37,042 nt of DNA from Promethearchaeota archaeon (GTDB lineage Archaea; Asgardarchaeota; Thorarchaeia; Thorarchaeales; Thorarchaeaceae), in assembly GCA_014728035.1 (NCBI GenBank), contig WJMJ01000142.1, positions 1-37,042 of the forward strand, read 5' to 3'. The translations under genes were made by a program, and so were the position numbers. The first letter of the stretch is position 1. Each line of letters begins with the position of its first letter. The notes beneath the pieces were generated by a model. The model saw only the letters and a program-made list of their open reading frames with translations. It was not told the origin of the DNA and searched no databases. This document shows, piece after piece, positions 18,792-30,211 of this stretch.

Positions 18792-19787
18792 TTAGTTCCT
18801 CCGTTCAAGATAATCGTGTTCGTAGTACCAATCTATCGCTCGTTTCAAACCGTCCTGCATTGAAAATTTAGGAGTCCAACCTAAGAGCCTTTTTGCGCGA
18901 TTATTCTCATACCACCGGTCTTCATCCATACTTTGGATTGTTTTTGTATGCCATAGAAAGGTATTCCTTCCCCGGTTTTTGATAGGACTTAGTAAGCCAA
19001 TCCCGATCTTTGCGAGTGAAGTAGGTATTCGTCTTTTTGGTGGTTCCACATTGAGGTAATTTGTTAAGAATTCAATCAGTTCATTGTATGTCATTGGCTC
19101 ATCAGGACATAGAATAATTGTACTATTTAATGCAGATTGAGAAGACAATGCAGCAGTAAAACCCCTTACAATGTCATCTACGTATGAATACATGATGTGT
19201 TTCTTACCATCTCCTGGCAATACCGGAATCTCACCATCGTTGAGTGCTTTGATAAGCTCATAAGCAGTATAGAGGTCTCCTTCTCCCATCACACCTGTAG
19301 GTCTTAGTATAACGTGATTTAGGCCAGTGTCAGAGGAAATTTCTCGTACTACTTTTTCTGCTAATACTTTACTCTCGCCATAGTCGAATTGGGGTCGAAG
19401 CTCGGTGTCCTCATTTGCAGGAGGATAACGTACTGGACCTATGGTTTCGGTTGTCGAACAATAAACAAATCGTTCAACTGAAGAGCCAATACAAGCATTC
19501 ATCAGGTTCTTTGTGCCTTCAACATTGACTTTGTAAAGAAGATCAACATTCTTTGGATAAAAATCAAAATATGCTGCGAGATGAATGACTGCATCCATTC
19601 CCTCAATTGCATTCTCCAAAGACTCAAAATTCAAGAGGTCTCCTTCTTTAAAAATCACTGTTTCAGGTAATCCACTTCTATTACTTGTAGAACGTACAAA
19701 AGCATGAACCTTGTGTTCTTCTTCGGTCAATTTTTCTATTAGCCGTCGACCTATGAAACCAGTTCCGCCAGTCACTAGGACTTTCAC
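18792..19787 (-). CDS. NAD-dependent epimerase/dehydratase (extended SDR, 3-beta-HSD/DFR-like)
   Basis: VTGGTGFIG, IHLAA, VNVEGT, YGESK (YxxxK); GTG start at 19787 after AAGGTGAG. Confidence 0.88.
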   Translation of the reverse strand: MKVLVTGGTGFIGRRLIEKLTEEEHKVHAFVRSTSNRSGLPETVIFKEGDLLNFESLENAIEGMDAVIHLAAYFDFYPKNVDLLYKVNVEGTKNLMNACIGSSVERFVYCSTTETIGPVRYPPANEDTELRPQFDYGESKVLAEKVVREISSDTGLNHVILRPTGVMGEGDLYTAYELIKALNDGEIPVLPGDGKKHIMYSYVDDIVRGFTAALSSQSALNSTIILCPDEPMTYNELIEFLTNYLNVEPPKRRIPTSLAKIGIGLLSPIKNRGRNTFLWHTKTIQSMDEDRWYENNRAKRLLGWTPKFSMQDGLKRAIDWYYEHDYLERRN

Positions 19788-19981
19788 TGAACTCACCTTG
19801 ATTGTTGTTCGTTTGTTCAAGCATTTATCTCTTACCAATTTCCAAACAGTCAATTTACAATGTAAAATGCAATGGGCGAAAGGTCTAAAGGTAGGATTGA
19901 ATATGAAAACCACAAAGAACAATACATGAATTTTCATCAAATCTGACTTAGCTTAATGTATTCAATTCAAGGGGATCTTCA

Positions 19982-20896
19982 ATGCAGAGCCAAGATAGCG
20001 AAACTAACGGTGATGAAAGCAGCACCGGTAACATAAGACTTGATCCGGATATCGAATCCATTCTATCTGAAGTACAAGGCGACATAAGTGCAGCGTTCAT
20101 TGGAATGGATCTAGAAAGTTTGGACCCAGAAATAGCAAAAAGAACTGTTAATGAGTTATACGATGCAATTGCAAAACTTGAAGAAGGTCTTGAAGTAGAA
20201 GATAGGAGAACTTTGGAATCGGAACTGGAACATCCTATTACAGAAATCAGACCAGAAGAAACTGAACCAATAGAAGAAATCCATACTCCCGATGAGTGGC
20301 TCTCCATAGCTGAGAAACATCTTGTGCAGAGCGAATGGCAAGAAGCAAAACAAGCATTCGAAAAATATCTAGAAAGCGAAGAAGAAGACGAAGAAGCATG
20401 GATAAAATTGGGTCATACTTTGTTGCATCTTAGAGATATTTCTGGTTCAGCAAAAGCATTTTATCAGGCAACAAGAATTGATTATGATTCAAAAGATGGC
20501 TGGTTTAACCTTGGCAAAGTACTGCTGAAGATGAATCGTTTCGAAGATGCTAGTAAGGCATTATTTAGAGCTAGCAAGATTGACCCATCGGATTATCAGA
20601 TATGGATTGAACTAGGAACTGCATTTCTGAAAGAAGAAAGATATACTGATGCGGCTAGAGTGATGAGAGAAGCAGTAAAACTTAACCCCGACTCGGTTGA
20701 AGCTCTCCTAGGAATGGCAATTGCTCTCCAGCGAGCTGGGAACACAAGAGATGCTGCAAGCACCTATGAACGTATTGTATTGATTGATCCAATGCAACCA
20801 ATCGCATGGCAAGAATTGAGTCTATTATACGAGAAACAAGGGAAAACAAGAGAAGCAGAATGGGCAAGAGGAAAACTGAGGGCGATTCGGAAATAA
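19982..20896 (+). CDS. TPR protein with acidic N-terminus
   Basis: About 5-6 TPR units after an approximately 100-aa acidic region. Confidence 0.85.
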   Translation: MQSQDSETNGDESSTGNIRLDPDIESILSEVQGDISAAFIGMDLESLDPEIAKRTVNELYDAIAKLEEGLEVEDRRTLESELEHPITEIRPEETEPIEEIHTPDEWLSIAEKHLVQSEWQEAKQAFEKYLESEEEDEEAWIKLGHTLLHLRDISGSAKAFYQATRIDYDSKDGWFNLGKVLLKMNRFEDASKALFRASKIDPSDYQIWIELGTAFLKEERYTDAARVMREAVKLNPDSVEALLGMAIALQRAGNTRDAASTYERIVLIDPMQPIAWQELSLLYEKQGKTREAEWARGKLRAIRK

Positions 20897-20897
20897 T

Positions 20898-21626
20898 CTA
20901 TTCAAGTGCACTATCCAATTTTGGCAACATGACTCCAGAAGGCCCTGAGATATGAACGTCAGCATGTTGTGTAAGGGGAGTCTGTTCTATATTCATCTCT
21001 ATTATCTTTCCACCATGTTGTTTTACAATCAGTGGAAAAGAAGCAGCTGGCTGGATAAGTGCAGATGTCCCTACTACAATAATACAATCAGCATTATCCA
21101 ATTCAAGATATACGGAACGCATGATTTCTTGATCTAAAGACTCGCCAAACCATACAACGTCAGGTCTTAGATATGATTCACATTTTGGACAGATAGGAAT
21201 ACCATCTGCTGGTTCGGACAAACGTGAGCGATACGCACATTTCGTACACTTAACAGCCCATAGATTGCCATGTACTTCAAGTACGTTTTCTGAATTAGCT
21301 CTTCTGTGAAGACCGTCAACATTTTGTGTGATGACAGTTCTGAGGAAACCCTGCTTCTCCCATTTGGATAATACATCATGACCCGGATTCGGATCACAAT
21401 TACCTATAAGACCTTGTCTCCATGTATACCATTCCCAGACTAATTTCGGATTTTCTGCAAATGCCTGAGGTGTAGCTAAAACCATGGGATTGTAATTTCG
21501 CCACAACCCATTTTCACCTCTAAAAGTTGGAACATCCGACTCTTTGGAAATACCTGCTCCTGTTAACGCAACTAGATATTCTGTCCTTCTAATTATCTCT
21601 GCAGCTTCTTCTATCCTCTCATTCAT
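20898..21626 (-). CDS. cobB: NAD-dependent protein deacylase, class III sirtuin
   Basis: GAGISKES...TFRG, WEWYTWR (YxxR succinyl pocket), TQNVDGLH, HG, two CxxC, RPDVVWFGE, GTS; start ATG 21626. Confidence 0.93.
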   Translation of the reverse strand: MNERIEEAAEIIRRTEYLVALTGAGISKESDVPTFRGENGLWRNYNPMVLATPQAFAENPKLVWEWYTWRQGLIGNCDPNPGHDVLSKWEKQGFLRTVITQNVDGLHRRANSENVLEVHGNLWAVKCTKCAYRSRLSEPADGIPICPKCESYLRPDVVWFGESLDQEIMRSVYLELDNADCIIVVGTSALIQPAASFPLIVKQHGGKIIEMNIEQTPLTQHADVHISGPSGVMLPKLDSALE

Positions 21627-21749
21627 TGTGATACAACTTGTATTAGCAACAGCAGCTTTTAATAACCGTTGGCACTCGCATTTTCTTGCCAAAGGCAATC
21701 AAAATTAACTATGTCGAAGGCAGTATCCTTATATGTTGTAATGAAGTGG

Positions 21750-21763
21750 TAAACAATAGTGAA
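21750..21763. promoter_or_regulatory. TWAAC-N4-GTTWA-like site in the HTH-iscS-iscU promoter
   Basis: TAAACAATAGTGAA, about 16 nt downstream of TTATAT (21729-21734). Confidence 0.4.
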
Positions 21764-21796
21764 TAATTTATCCTTGAACTTACATTTGGAGGACTT

Positions 21797-22243
21797 TTGT
21801 TGACATCCAAAGCTAGAAGAAAACCGAAACGAACTTGGTTAATGCCTCAAGAATTAGAAGTTTGGTATGTTTTACCAGCACTCAGAAGAGAGATAGCAAT
21901 GCTAATGATTGAGAAAGGTAGACCTCAAAAAAATATAGCTAAGATGTTGGGAGTCACCGAAGCCGCTGTAAGTCAATACAAATTGCCTCGCTCAAAAAGA
22001 TCCAGGGGAGACCAAATTACGATTCCCAAGGACCTCCATCACGAATTGGAGAAATCGGTAGATATTATGCTGGAAGCTTGGGACAAATTAGAGGATAAAG
22101 AGAACATTTACGAGGATATGACACATGAGATTAACCGTCTCATTAAAGTCTTGAGGGATGCTGGAGTTATGTGTGAGATTCATCGGGAACACTGCGTACA
22201 TGTCGCTGACGATTGCCAGGCATGTAAAGATGGTGCCAGATAA
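21797..22243 (+). CDS. Archaeal HTH regulator (COG2522-like) with C-terminal Cys/His motif
   Basis: VLPALRREIA...QKNIAKMLGVTEAAVSQY HTH; tail CEIHREHC...CQAC; stop overlaps the iscS ATG. Confidence 0.85.
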   Translation: MLTSKARRKPKRTWLMPQELEVWYVLPALRREIAMLMIEKGRPQKNIAKMLGVTEAAVSQYKLPRSKRSRGDQITIPKDLHHELEKSVDIMLEAWDKLEDKENIYEDMTHEINRLIKVLRDAGVMCEIHREHCVHVADDCQACKDGAR

Positions 22244-23451
22244 TGGGATACTTTGATAGTGCGAATTCAAGTAAGGTTGACGAACGAGTTATTGAAGCAA
22301 TGCTCCCCTATTTCAGGGATTTTTATGGAACTGCAGGACTAGAATTGAGTCATGGTCAAGATGTCGGTGCTGTAACAGGATTGGAAAACGCGAGAAGAAT
22401 AATTGCCGAGTCATTGGGAGCTGACCCGCGTTCAATTGTGTTTACATCTAATGTGACCGAGTCCAATAACCTCGCAATCAGAGGTGTTGCTCTTGCATCA
22501 AAGAGTACTCGAAAGCACGTTATTACAAGTCCAATCGAAACACAGTCTGTTTTAAAGACCATCCACTCATTACAAGAATTTGGATATGAGATTGAACAGG
22601 TCAGTGTTGATGAAACTGGTCTTATTGATTTAGAGCATCTTAAAGAGATAATTCGCAAGGATACATTTCTTATATCAATTCAACACGCAAATGGAGAGAT
22701 AGGAACAGTTCAGCCAATCAAAGAAATAGCAGAGATAACTTCGAGCAAAGGCATTATCTTCCATTCAGATGCTAGTCAGAGCTTTCTGAAAATACCTATT
22801 GATATAGAAGAAATCCCGTTAAACTTGCTTGGTTTTGATGCACACCGAATTCATGGTCCCAAAGGAATCGGCGCACTGTACATAAAGCGTGGCACTAAGA
22901 TAGTAAACATAATGTACGGGGGAGACGAAGAACGAAGATTACGCCCAGGCATAGAAAATATCCCTGGTGCAGTTGGATTTGCTAAAGCTATTGAAATATG
23001 GGATCATAAAGAAATTGACTATTTTAAAAAGCTAAGTACTCATCTCTCGAAGAAACTTGAAGAAAATCTCTCAGACTATAAAGTTACGGGGCACCAAGAA
23101 AAACGTTTACCAAATATCTATAGTATAGTAATCGAGCAAATTGAGGGCGAATCGATCCTAGTGCAATTAGATATGGATGGGCATTCCGTTTCTACAGGTT
23201 CAGCGTGTTCCTCAAAAACACTTCAAGGAAGTCACGTGTTGAAAGCAATCGGTTTGCCTCCTGAAATATCTCATGGCTCGGTTAGAATTTCATTCTCAAG
23301 ATTCAATACTATTGAAGAAATCGATGATTTTATCGAGTCTTTGGTGACTGCAGTTGAAAGACTTCGAGAATTTAGTCCATTAAAATCAGGTGCTTACTTC
23401 TCTAATGATGATACAGAAGACCATCACCATGATATTCCAGAAGAAAAGTGA
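22243..23451 (+). CDS. iscS: IscS/NifS-like protein with degenerate PLP site
   Basis: Class I desulfurase fold motifs (TESNN, EIGTVQPI, HSDASQ, GPKGIGALY, STGSACSS), but the canonical HK is HR and EH is ET. Confidence 0.9.
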   Translation: MGYFDSANSSKVDERVIEAMLPYFRDFYGTAGLELSHGQDVGAVTGLENARRIIAESLGADPRSIVFTSNVTESNNLAIRGVALASKSTRKHVITSPIETQSVLKTIHSLQEFGYEIEQVSVDETGLIDLEHLKEIIRKDTFLISIQHANGEIGTVQPIKEIAEITSSKGIIFHSDASQSFLKIPIDIEEIPLNLLGFDAHRIHGPKGIGALYIKRGTKIVNIMYGGDEERRLRPGIENIPGAVGFAKAIEIWDHKEIDYFKKLSTHLSKKLEENLSDYKVTGHQEKRLPNIYSIVIEQIEGESILVQLDMDGHSVSTGSACSSKTLQGSHVLKAIGLPPEISHGSVRISFSRFNTIEEIDDFIESLVTAVERLREFSPLKSGAYFSNDDTEDHHHDIPEEK

Positions 23452-23514
23452 TGATATGCCATCAGAGAAAACAATATACATACAGTGTATGCGAAAAAAG
23501 TAGAGGAATTCCTA

Positions 23515-23886
23515 ATGGCCTACTCCAAAAAAGTAATGGAAAATTTTAGAGACCCAAAAAACATGGGAAAAATGGAAGATCCTGACGGTGTAGGAACCGT
23601 GGGAAACCCTGTTTGTGGAGATATGATGAAGTTATACATTCGAGTTGTAGATGATGTTATCAAAGATATCAAAGTCGAAACATTCGGATGTGTCGCGGCA
23701 ATAGCTACTTCTTCAATGACAACTCAGATGGCAATTGGGAAGACAATTGCTGAAGCAAAAGAAATCACTCGTGGAAAAGTAGCTGAAGCATTGGACGGAC
23801 TTCCCCCACAGAAAATGCATTGTAGCAATTTAGCCGCAGAAGCACTTCAAAAAGCAATTGAAGATTATGAGTCAAGAAAAAAATAG
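23515..23886 (+). CDS. iscU: Fe-S scaffold IscU/NifU-N
   Basis: GNPVCGD, TFGCVAAIA, LPPQKMHCS; start ATG 23515 after GAGGA. Confidence 0.95.
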   Translation: MAYSKKVMENFRDPKNMGKMEDPDGVGTVGNPVCGDMMKLYIRVVDDVIKDIKVETFGCVAAIATSSMTTQMAIGKTIAEAKEITRGKVAEALDGLPPQKMHCSNLAAEALQKAIEDYESRKK

Positions 23887-23889
23887 GAA

Positions 23890-25728
23890 TCAATGTTGAA
23901 CGAGAGGAATTACTAGGATGAATTTTGTACCTTTGGAATCATCATCTTCCTCTCGGTTCTTAACAGAAATAGTTCCGTTGTATCGTTCCATGATTCTCTT
24001 CACTAGTGTCAAGCCTATTCCCGATGTGCTTCTCTTGCGCTGATCCAGTCTGTCGAATATTTTCATTTTCAAATCATCAGGAATTCCGTGACCATAATCA
24101 GCAATAGAAATCTGCAGGAGATTATCTGTAGTTGAAACGATCTCCACATCAAGCTGAACCTCATCAGATTCTGTGTGTTTGAAAGCATTATGAATAATAT
24201 TGTAGAGCGCATCATAAACAAACTCGTCAGCCATCACCTCAGCATCATTATCATATGCAAAAAAATTCAATCTTAGTTTCCTTGAAGGAAATGTGTGTTG
24301 GTTTGACTCAATTGCGCTCTTGACAATTGGGACTATCTTTTGTGGTGAAAGGCGAATTGGTTCTCTATCTACTTGGGAAAATTTGCGTACTTTCGCAATC
24401 AAATCAATACTTCTTTTAACTTGTTGAAGTGCAACTTCTAATTTATCACGTATAATTTTGGGAGTACTAGGATCAAGAACTAGTAATTCAAGACTGACCA
24501 TTACACCTTGGTTTATGTTATTCAAGTCGTGAGCCATAAGATCATTGAATAATTCAACTCGCATCTTTGCCTCACGAACCTGATACATAGCTTGTTCTTG
24601 AAGAGTAATATCTCTGGAGATTCCAAAAATAGTTTGATTCTCACCCCAAAGACCAATTGTCACTTTAGTTTCAACTGGAATCGTCTTGCCGTCTTTTGTA
24701 ATCAATGGAATACGACATGAATCCTGTAATCCTTCTATCATCTTCCCCATAATACTAGATGCTTCATCGTGCAATTCTGGAGGATGCACCATTAGGAAAT
24801 CTTTAGAAAGCAGTTCCTCTCTAGTATATTGTAATTTTTTGAGTACTGCACTATTCACTTCGAGAATTTTCCTATCCATGGAAACAATAAATGCCATATC
24901 ATCAATTGTATCAAATAGACTTCGAAGTCTTTCGTGATTTTCACGAATTATTCTTTCACTCATTCTTTTTTCAGTAATATCAGCTGTTATTTCTACAAGA
25001 CCAACTAGTTGTGAATCATCAAACACGGGTATTCCTTGAATATGCCAGATTCGACCGTCTGGAGTAGTTACTACCGCTTCGTGTTTTTCTCCAGTTTCTT
25101 TTGCGGCGACTACAGGGCAAAAGTCACAGGGTTTTTCCTCTCCATGCCAAAGAACATGACAATGGCGTCCCACTATTTCATCGACATCAAGTCCAAGAGA
25201 TTCTGCAGCAGCCCTATTGCTCCATAATAATCTCATGTCATCCACACCGTAATAATTTACATGTTGTATCATTGCATCTAGGATAATAGACTTCTCTTGC
25301 TCACTCCTTTCTAATGCTTCCAAAGCTTTCCTACTTTCGGTGATATCTGTTGTAATGAGAACAAGAGTATCCTTTGAAATGGGAGTCATTGACCAAACAA
25401 ACCATCTACCGTAATGAGCTCCTCTTTCCTTCATTTGTGATTCTACCCTAGTTAATTCCACATTATCTAATGCGTGATGTATTAGCTCAATAATGTCAAC
25501 GCTATGGGGAAAGACTTCTTCAACAGTCTTTGAATAGTAAGAAACAATCAAGTCATCCGTAATATCACGAATAAATTCATTTGCGAGTATAAGACGAATC
25601 ACACCCTCCTCATCTCGTTCAAAAAGGTAGGCTGGTTCTGGAATAGCATCTAATGTTGTTTTGAACCAAACTTCTCTGCCAATAGATTTGGCAGTCTTTA
25701 TTTTTCCTGATTTAGGCACAATAGCCAA
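23890..25728 (-). CDS. Soluble multi-PAS histidine kinase
   Basis: Three PAS domains, one with the HCH...PCDFCP motif; AHDLNN, NIIHNAFKH, DYGHGIP, GIGL. Confidence 0.9.
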   Translation of the reverse strand: MAIVPKSGKIKTAKSIGREVWFKTTLDAIPEPAYLFERDEEGVIRLILANEFIRDITDDLIVSYYSKTVEEVFPHSVDIIELIHHALDNVELTRVESQMKERGAHYGRWFVWSMTPISKDTLVLITTDITESRKALEALERSEQEKSIILDAMIQHVNYYGVDDMRLLWSNRAAAESLGLDVDEIVGRHCHVLWHGEEKPCDFCPVVAAKETGEKHEAVVTTPDGRIWHIQGIPVFDDSQLVGLVEITADITEKRMSERIIRENHERLRSLFDTIDDMAFIVSMDRKILEVNSAVLKKLQYTREELLSKDFLMVHPPELHDEASSIMGKMIEGLQDSCRIPLITKDGKTIPVETKVTIGLWGENQTIFGISRDITLQEQAMYQVREAKMRVELFNDLMAHDLNNINQGVMVSLELLVLDPSTPKIIRDKLEVALQQVKRSIDLIAKVRKFSQVDREPIRLSPQKIVPIVKSAIESNQHTFPSRKLRLNFFAYDNDAEVMADEFVYDALYNIIHNAFKHTESDEVQLDVEIVSTTDNLLQISIADYGHGIPDDLKMKIFDRLDQRKRSTSGIGLTLVKRIMERYNGTISVKNREEDDDSKGTKFILVIPLVQH

Positions 25729-25869
25729 TCCTCAATTGTAAACCCATAAAACGTCAATCAAAGAAATTAGCTGTTTGTAGATTCATTGATTTCAATTTCA
25801 TCGAGTCTGACCATATTTACTTAGAAGATAGAAATAAAACAATGGTGTTTATGCAATTTTCATAACAAA

Positions 25870-26607
25870 ATGGACGGAAATATAATGACTGGAGAGATAC
25901 TGATAGAATATGATGGGGCAATTGCAATTGTGACAATATCTCGTCCTGAGAAATTGAATGCTGTCACTTATGAGATGTTACAGAGATTCGAAGAGACAAT
26001 TGATTTACTAGTAGATAGTTCAGATGTTAGAATTATCTTATTCAAAGGAGCAGGTGAGAAGGCATTCTCTGCAGGATTTGACCTTAGAATGATCGAGTCA
26101 CTTAAGGGAAAAGAACATTCTGAATTCTTCTTAAAACTCGAAGCCATAATCAGAAAGCTAGCCACAGCAAAGAATTGCGTAACAATTGCAGCAATTAGAG
26201 GATATGTCATAGGATTCGGAGCAATGGTATCTTTAGCTTGTGATATACGATTTTTCAGTACAAACGCAGTATTTAGTTTACCAGAAATCAATATCTCGAT
26301 TTTTCCAGGTGCCGGAGCAGCTGCTGGACTCATCAAACTTGTAGGCCCAGCTAGAGCTAAGGATATCTTATTGTCAGGTAGAAAAGTTTCAGCAGAGGAA
26401 TCATACCATTTTGGAATCGCAGACAGATTATTTGACCCTGAATCAGTGGTTAGTGCTGCTAAAGAGTATGCAAAGGAATTAGCATCAAAAGATAGTACAA
26501 TTCTTATCGACACGAAGAAGCTAGTTGATGAGATGTATTCAAGAGAATATCATGATGCTGACACAAGAGAAGGATTTTACCTCAGAAAGTGGTTGAAAGA
26601 ATTCTAA
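25870..26607 (+). CDS. Enoyl-CoA hydratase/isomerase (crotonase) family
   Basis: RPEKLNA, FSAGFDL, LACDIR, LPEI...PGAG. Confidence 0.9.
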   Translation: MDGNIMTGEILIEYDGAIAIVTISRPEKLNAVTYEMLQRFEETIDLLVDSSDVRIILFKGAGEKAFSAGFDLRMIESLKGKEHSEFFLKLEAIIRKLATAKNCVTIAAIRGYVIGFGAMVSLACDIRFFSTNAVFSLPEINISIFPGAGAAAGLIKLVGPARAKDILLSGRKVSAEESYHFGIADRLFDPESVVSAAKEYAKELASKDSTILIDTKKLVDEMYSREYHDADTREGFYLRKWLKEF

Positions 26608-26614
26608 ATAAAGT

Positions 26615-26640
26615 GAAAAAGAAGGATCTCACGATCCTTC
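26615..26640 (-). terminator. Hairpin plus U-tract terminator (amt; possibly bidirectional)
   Basis: GAAGGATC-TCAC-GATCCTTC with GAAAAA on its left (U-tract on the minus strand). Confidence 0.7.
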
Positions 26641-26654
26641 CTTGAATTTTAGTC

Positions 26655-27914
26655 CTAAATCTCGTCCTCTTCAGAGAGATAAGCAACTTCGCCTAACTGA
26701 CCTTCATCAAGGGAGCTCTCAACAACATCGGTCACTCTAACAGGAGTAATCAGATTGATGATAAAGAGCATCACATAAGTGAATATGAAAGCCCACGCAG
26801 CCGCAATAATAACTGCAATGAATTGGACTCCAAAGAATACAAAGTTACCTGCAATGAGCCCATTTGCTCCACCGGCATTGATAGTAGTGGTTGCAAAAAT
26901 GCCTAGACAAATCGTACCAAGAGCTCCACCAATTCCGTGGACTCCCCAAACATCAAGGGCATCATCCCACTTCATACGGTCTTTAAAGCCAATAGCAAAG
27001 TAGCATACAACTCCAGCAATTACACCAATTATCATTGATGCTCCAGGAGTCACAAATCCAGCAGCTGGGGTAATTGTAGCGAGTCCTGCAACAGCGCCAG
27101 TTAGAAAGCCTACAAATTTTGGTTTCTTCTCAAGAATCCATGCAAGAGCAAGCCAAGTTGCACCTGCAACAGAAGCTGCAAGATCGGTATTAATGAATGC
27201 AAGTACAGTAATGGTATCCACAGCCAATTCACTTCCTGCATTGAAGCCATACCAGCCAAACCATAGGAGACCAGTTCCAAGAGCAACGAGTGGAATGCTA
27301 TGAGGCCCTTTTTCTTTTATCACACGAGGACCAACAAAGAGTACTGATGCCAATGCTGCAAATCCAGCAATTGTGTGAACAGCAATTCCTCCAGCAAAAT
27401 CAAGAACACCCCATTGTGCTAGTATTCCACCGCCCCAAATCATATGTACAAATGGGAAATAGACAAGAAACATCCAAGCTACAAGAAAGATGAGGTATGC
27501 CTTGAAATCTACACGATTGGTGAAAGCACCTGTAATCAAAGCTGGCGTGATGATTGCGAACATCATTTGGTAAACAATAAACACCATTTCAGGAATTTGG
27601 CCATTTCCGGTAAATACATCACCAGGACTTACTCCATTAAGAAATGCTTTGTCAAGGTTCCCAATGATACCAAAGGTATCACCACTAAAGCATAATGAGT
27701 AACCAACTGCAAACCAAAGGATAGTCACAATTGCCATTGATACAAAACTCTGTATCATGATGGTAAGAACATTTTTTCTGCCAACAAGACCGCCATAGAA
27801 GAAGGCGAGACCTGGAGTCATTAGCATGACCAAGCTGGTCGCTAGAAGCATGAAGGCAGTATTTCCAGTATCAAATTGCAATAATTGCAATGTTGCATCT
27901 ATAGGACTAATCAA
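26655..27914 (-). CDS. amtB: Ammonium transporter
   Basis: MTPGLAFFYGG, QMMFAIIT, DFAGGIAVH, LWFGWYGFNAGS, DDALDVWGVHG (twin His intact). Confidence 0.97.
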   Translation of the reverse strand: MISPIDATLQLLQFDTGNTAFMLLATSLVMLMTPGLAFFYGGLVGRKNVLTIMIQSFVSMAIVTILWFAVGYSLCFSGDTFGIIGNLDKAFLNGVSPGDVFTGNGQIPEMVFIVYQMMFAIITPALITGAFTNRVDFKAYLIFLVAWMFLVYFPFVHMIWGGGILAQWGVLDFAGGIAVHTIAGFAALASVLFVGPRVIKEKGPHSIPLVALGTGLLWFGWYGFNAGSELAVDTITVLAFINTDLAASVAGATWLALAWILEKKPKFVGFLTGAVAGLATITPAAGFVTPGASMIIGVIAGVVCYFAIGFKDRMKWDDALDVWGVHGIGGALGTICLGIFATTTINAGGANGLIAGNFVFFGVQFIAVIIAAAWAFIFTYVMLFIINLITPVRVTDVVESSLDEGQLGEVAYLSEEDEI

Positions 27915-28007
27915 TGAAAATCACCTTACAGATGTTACAATTCGAAACTAATGGGCTATTAAAGTGTGGTTGATTTATCGATAAACGGTTATTAAAATAG
28001 AGAACCA

Positions 28008-30068
<2,061 letters not shown>

Positions 30069-30211
30069 TCATTCTCCGTAGACTTGTACTATTTCTATGA
30101 AGTAATTTGGCTAATTAATCCCACTATTACACGAATCAGGAAAAAAAGCTAAAACCGTTGATTTTAATTGGGACTCTTACAGTTCAGAAACTCCCTTCGG
30201 GGTGAAAATCT

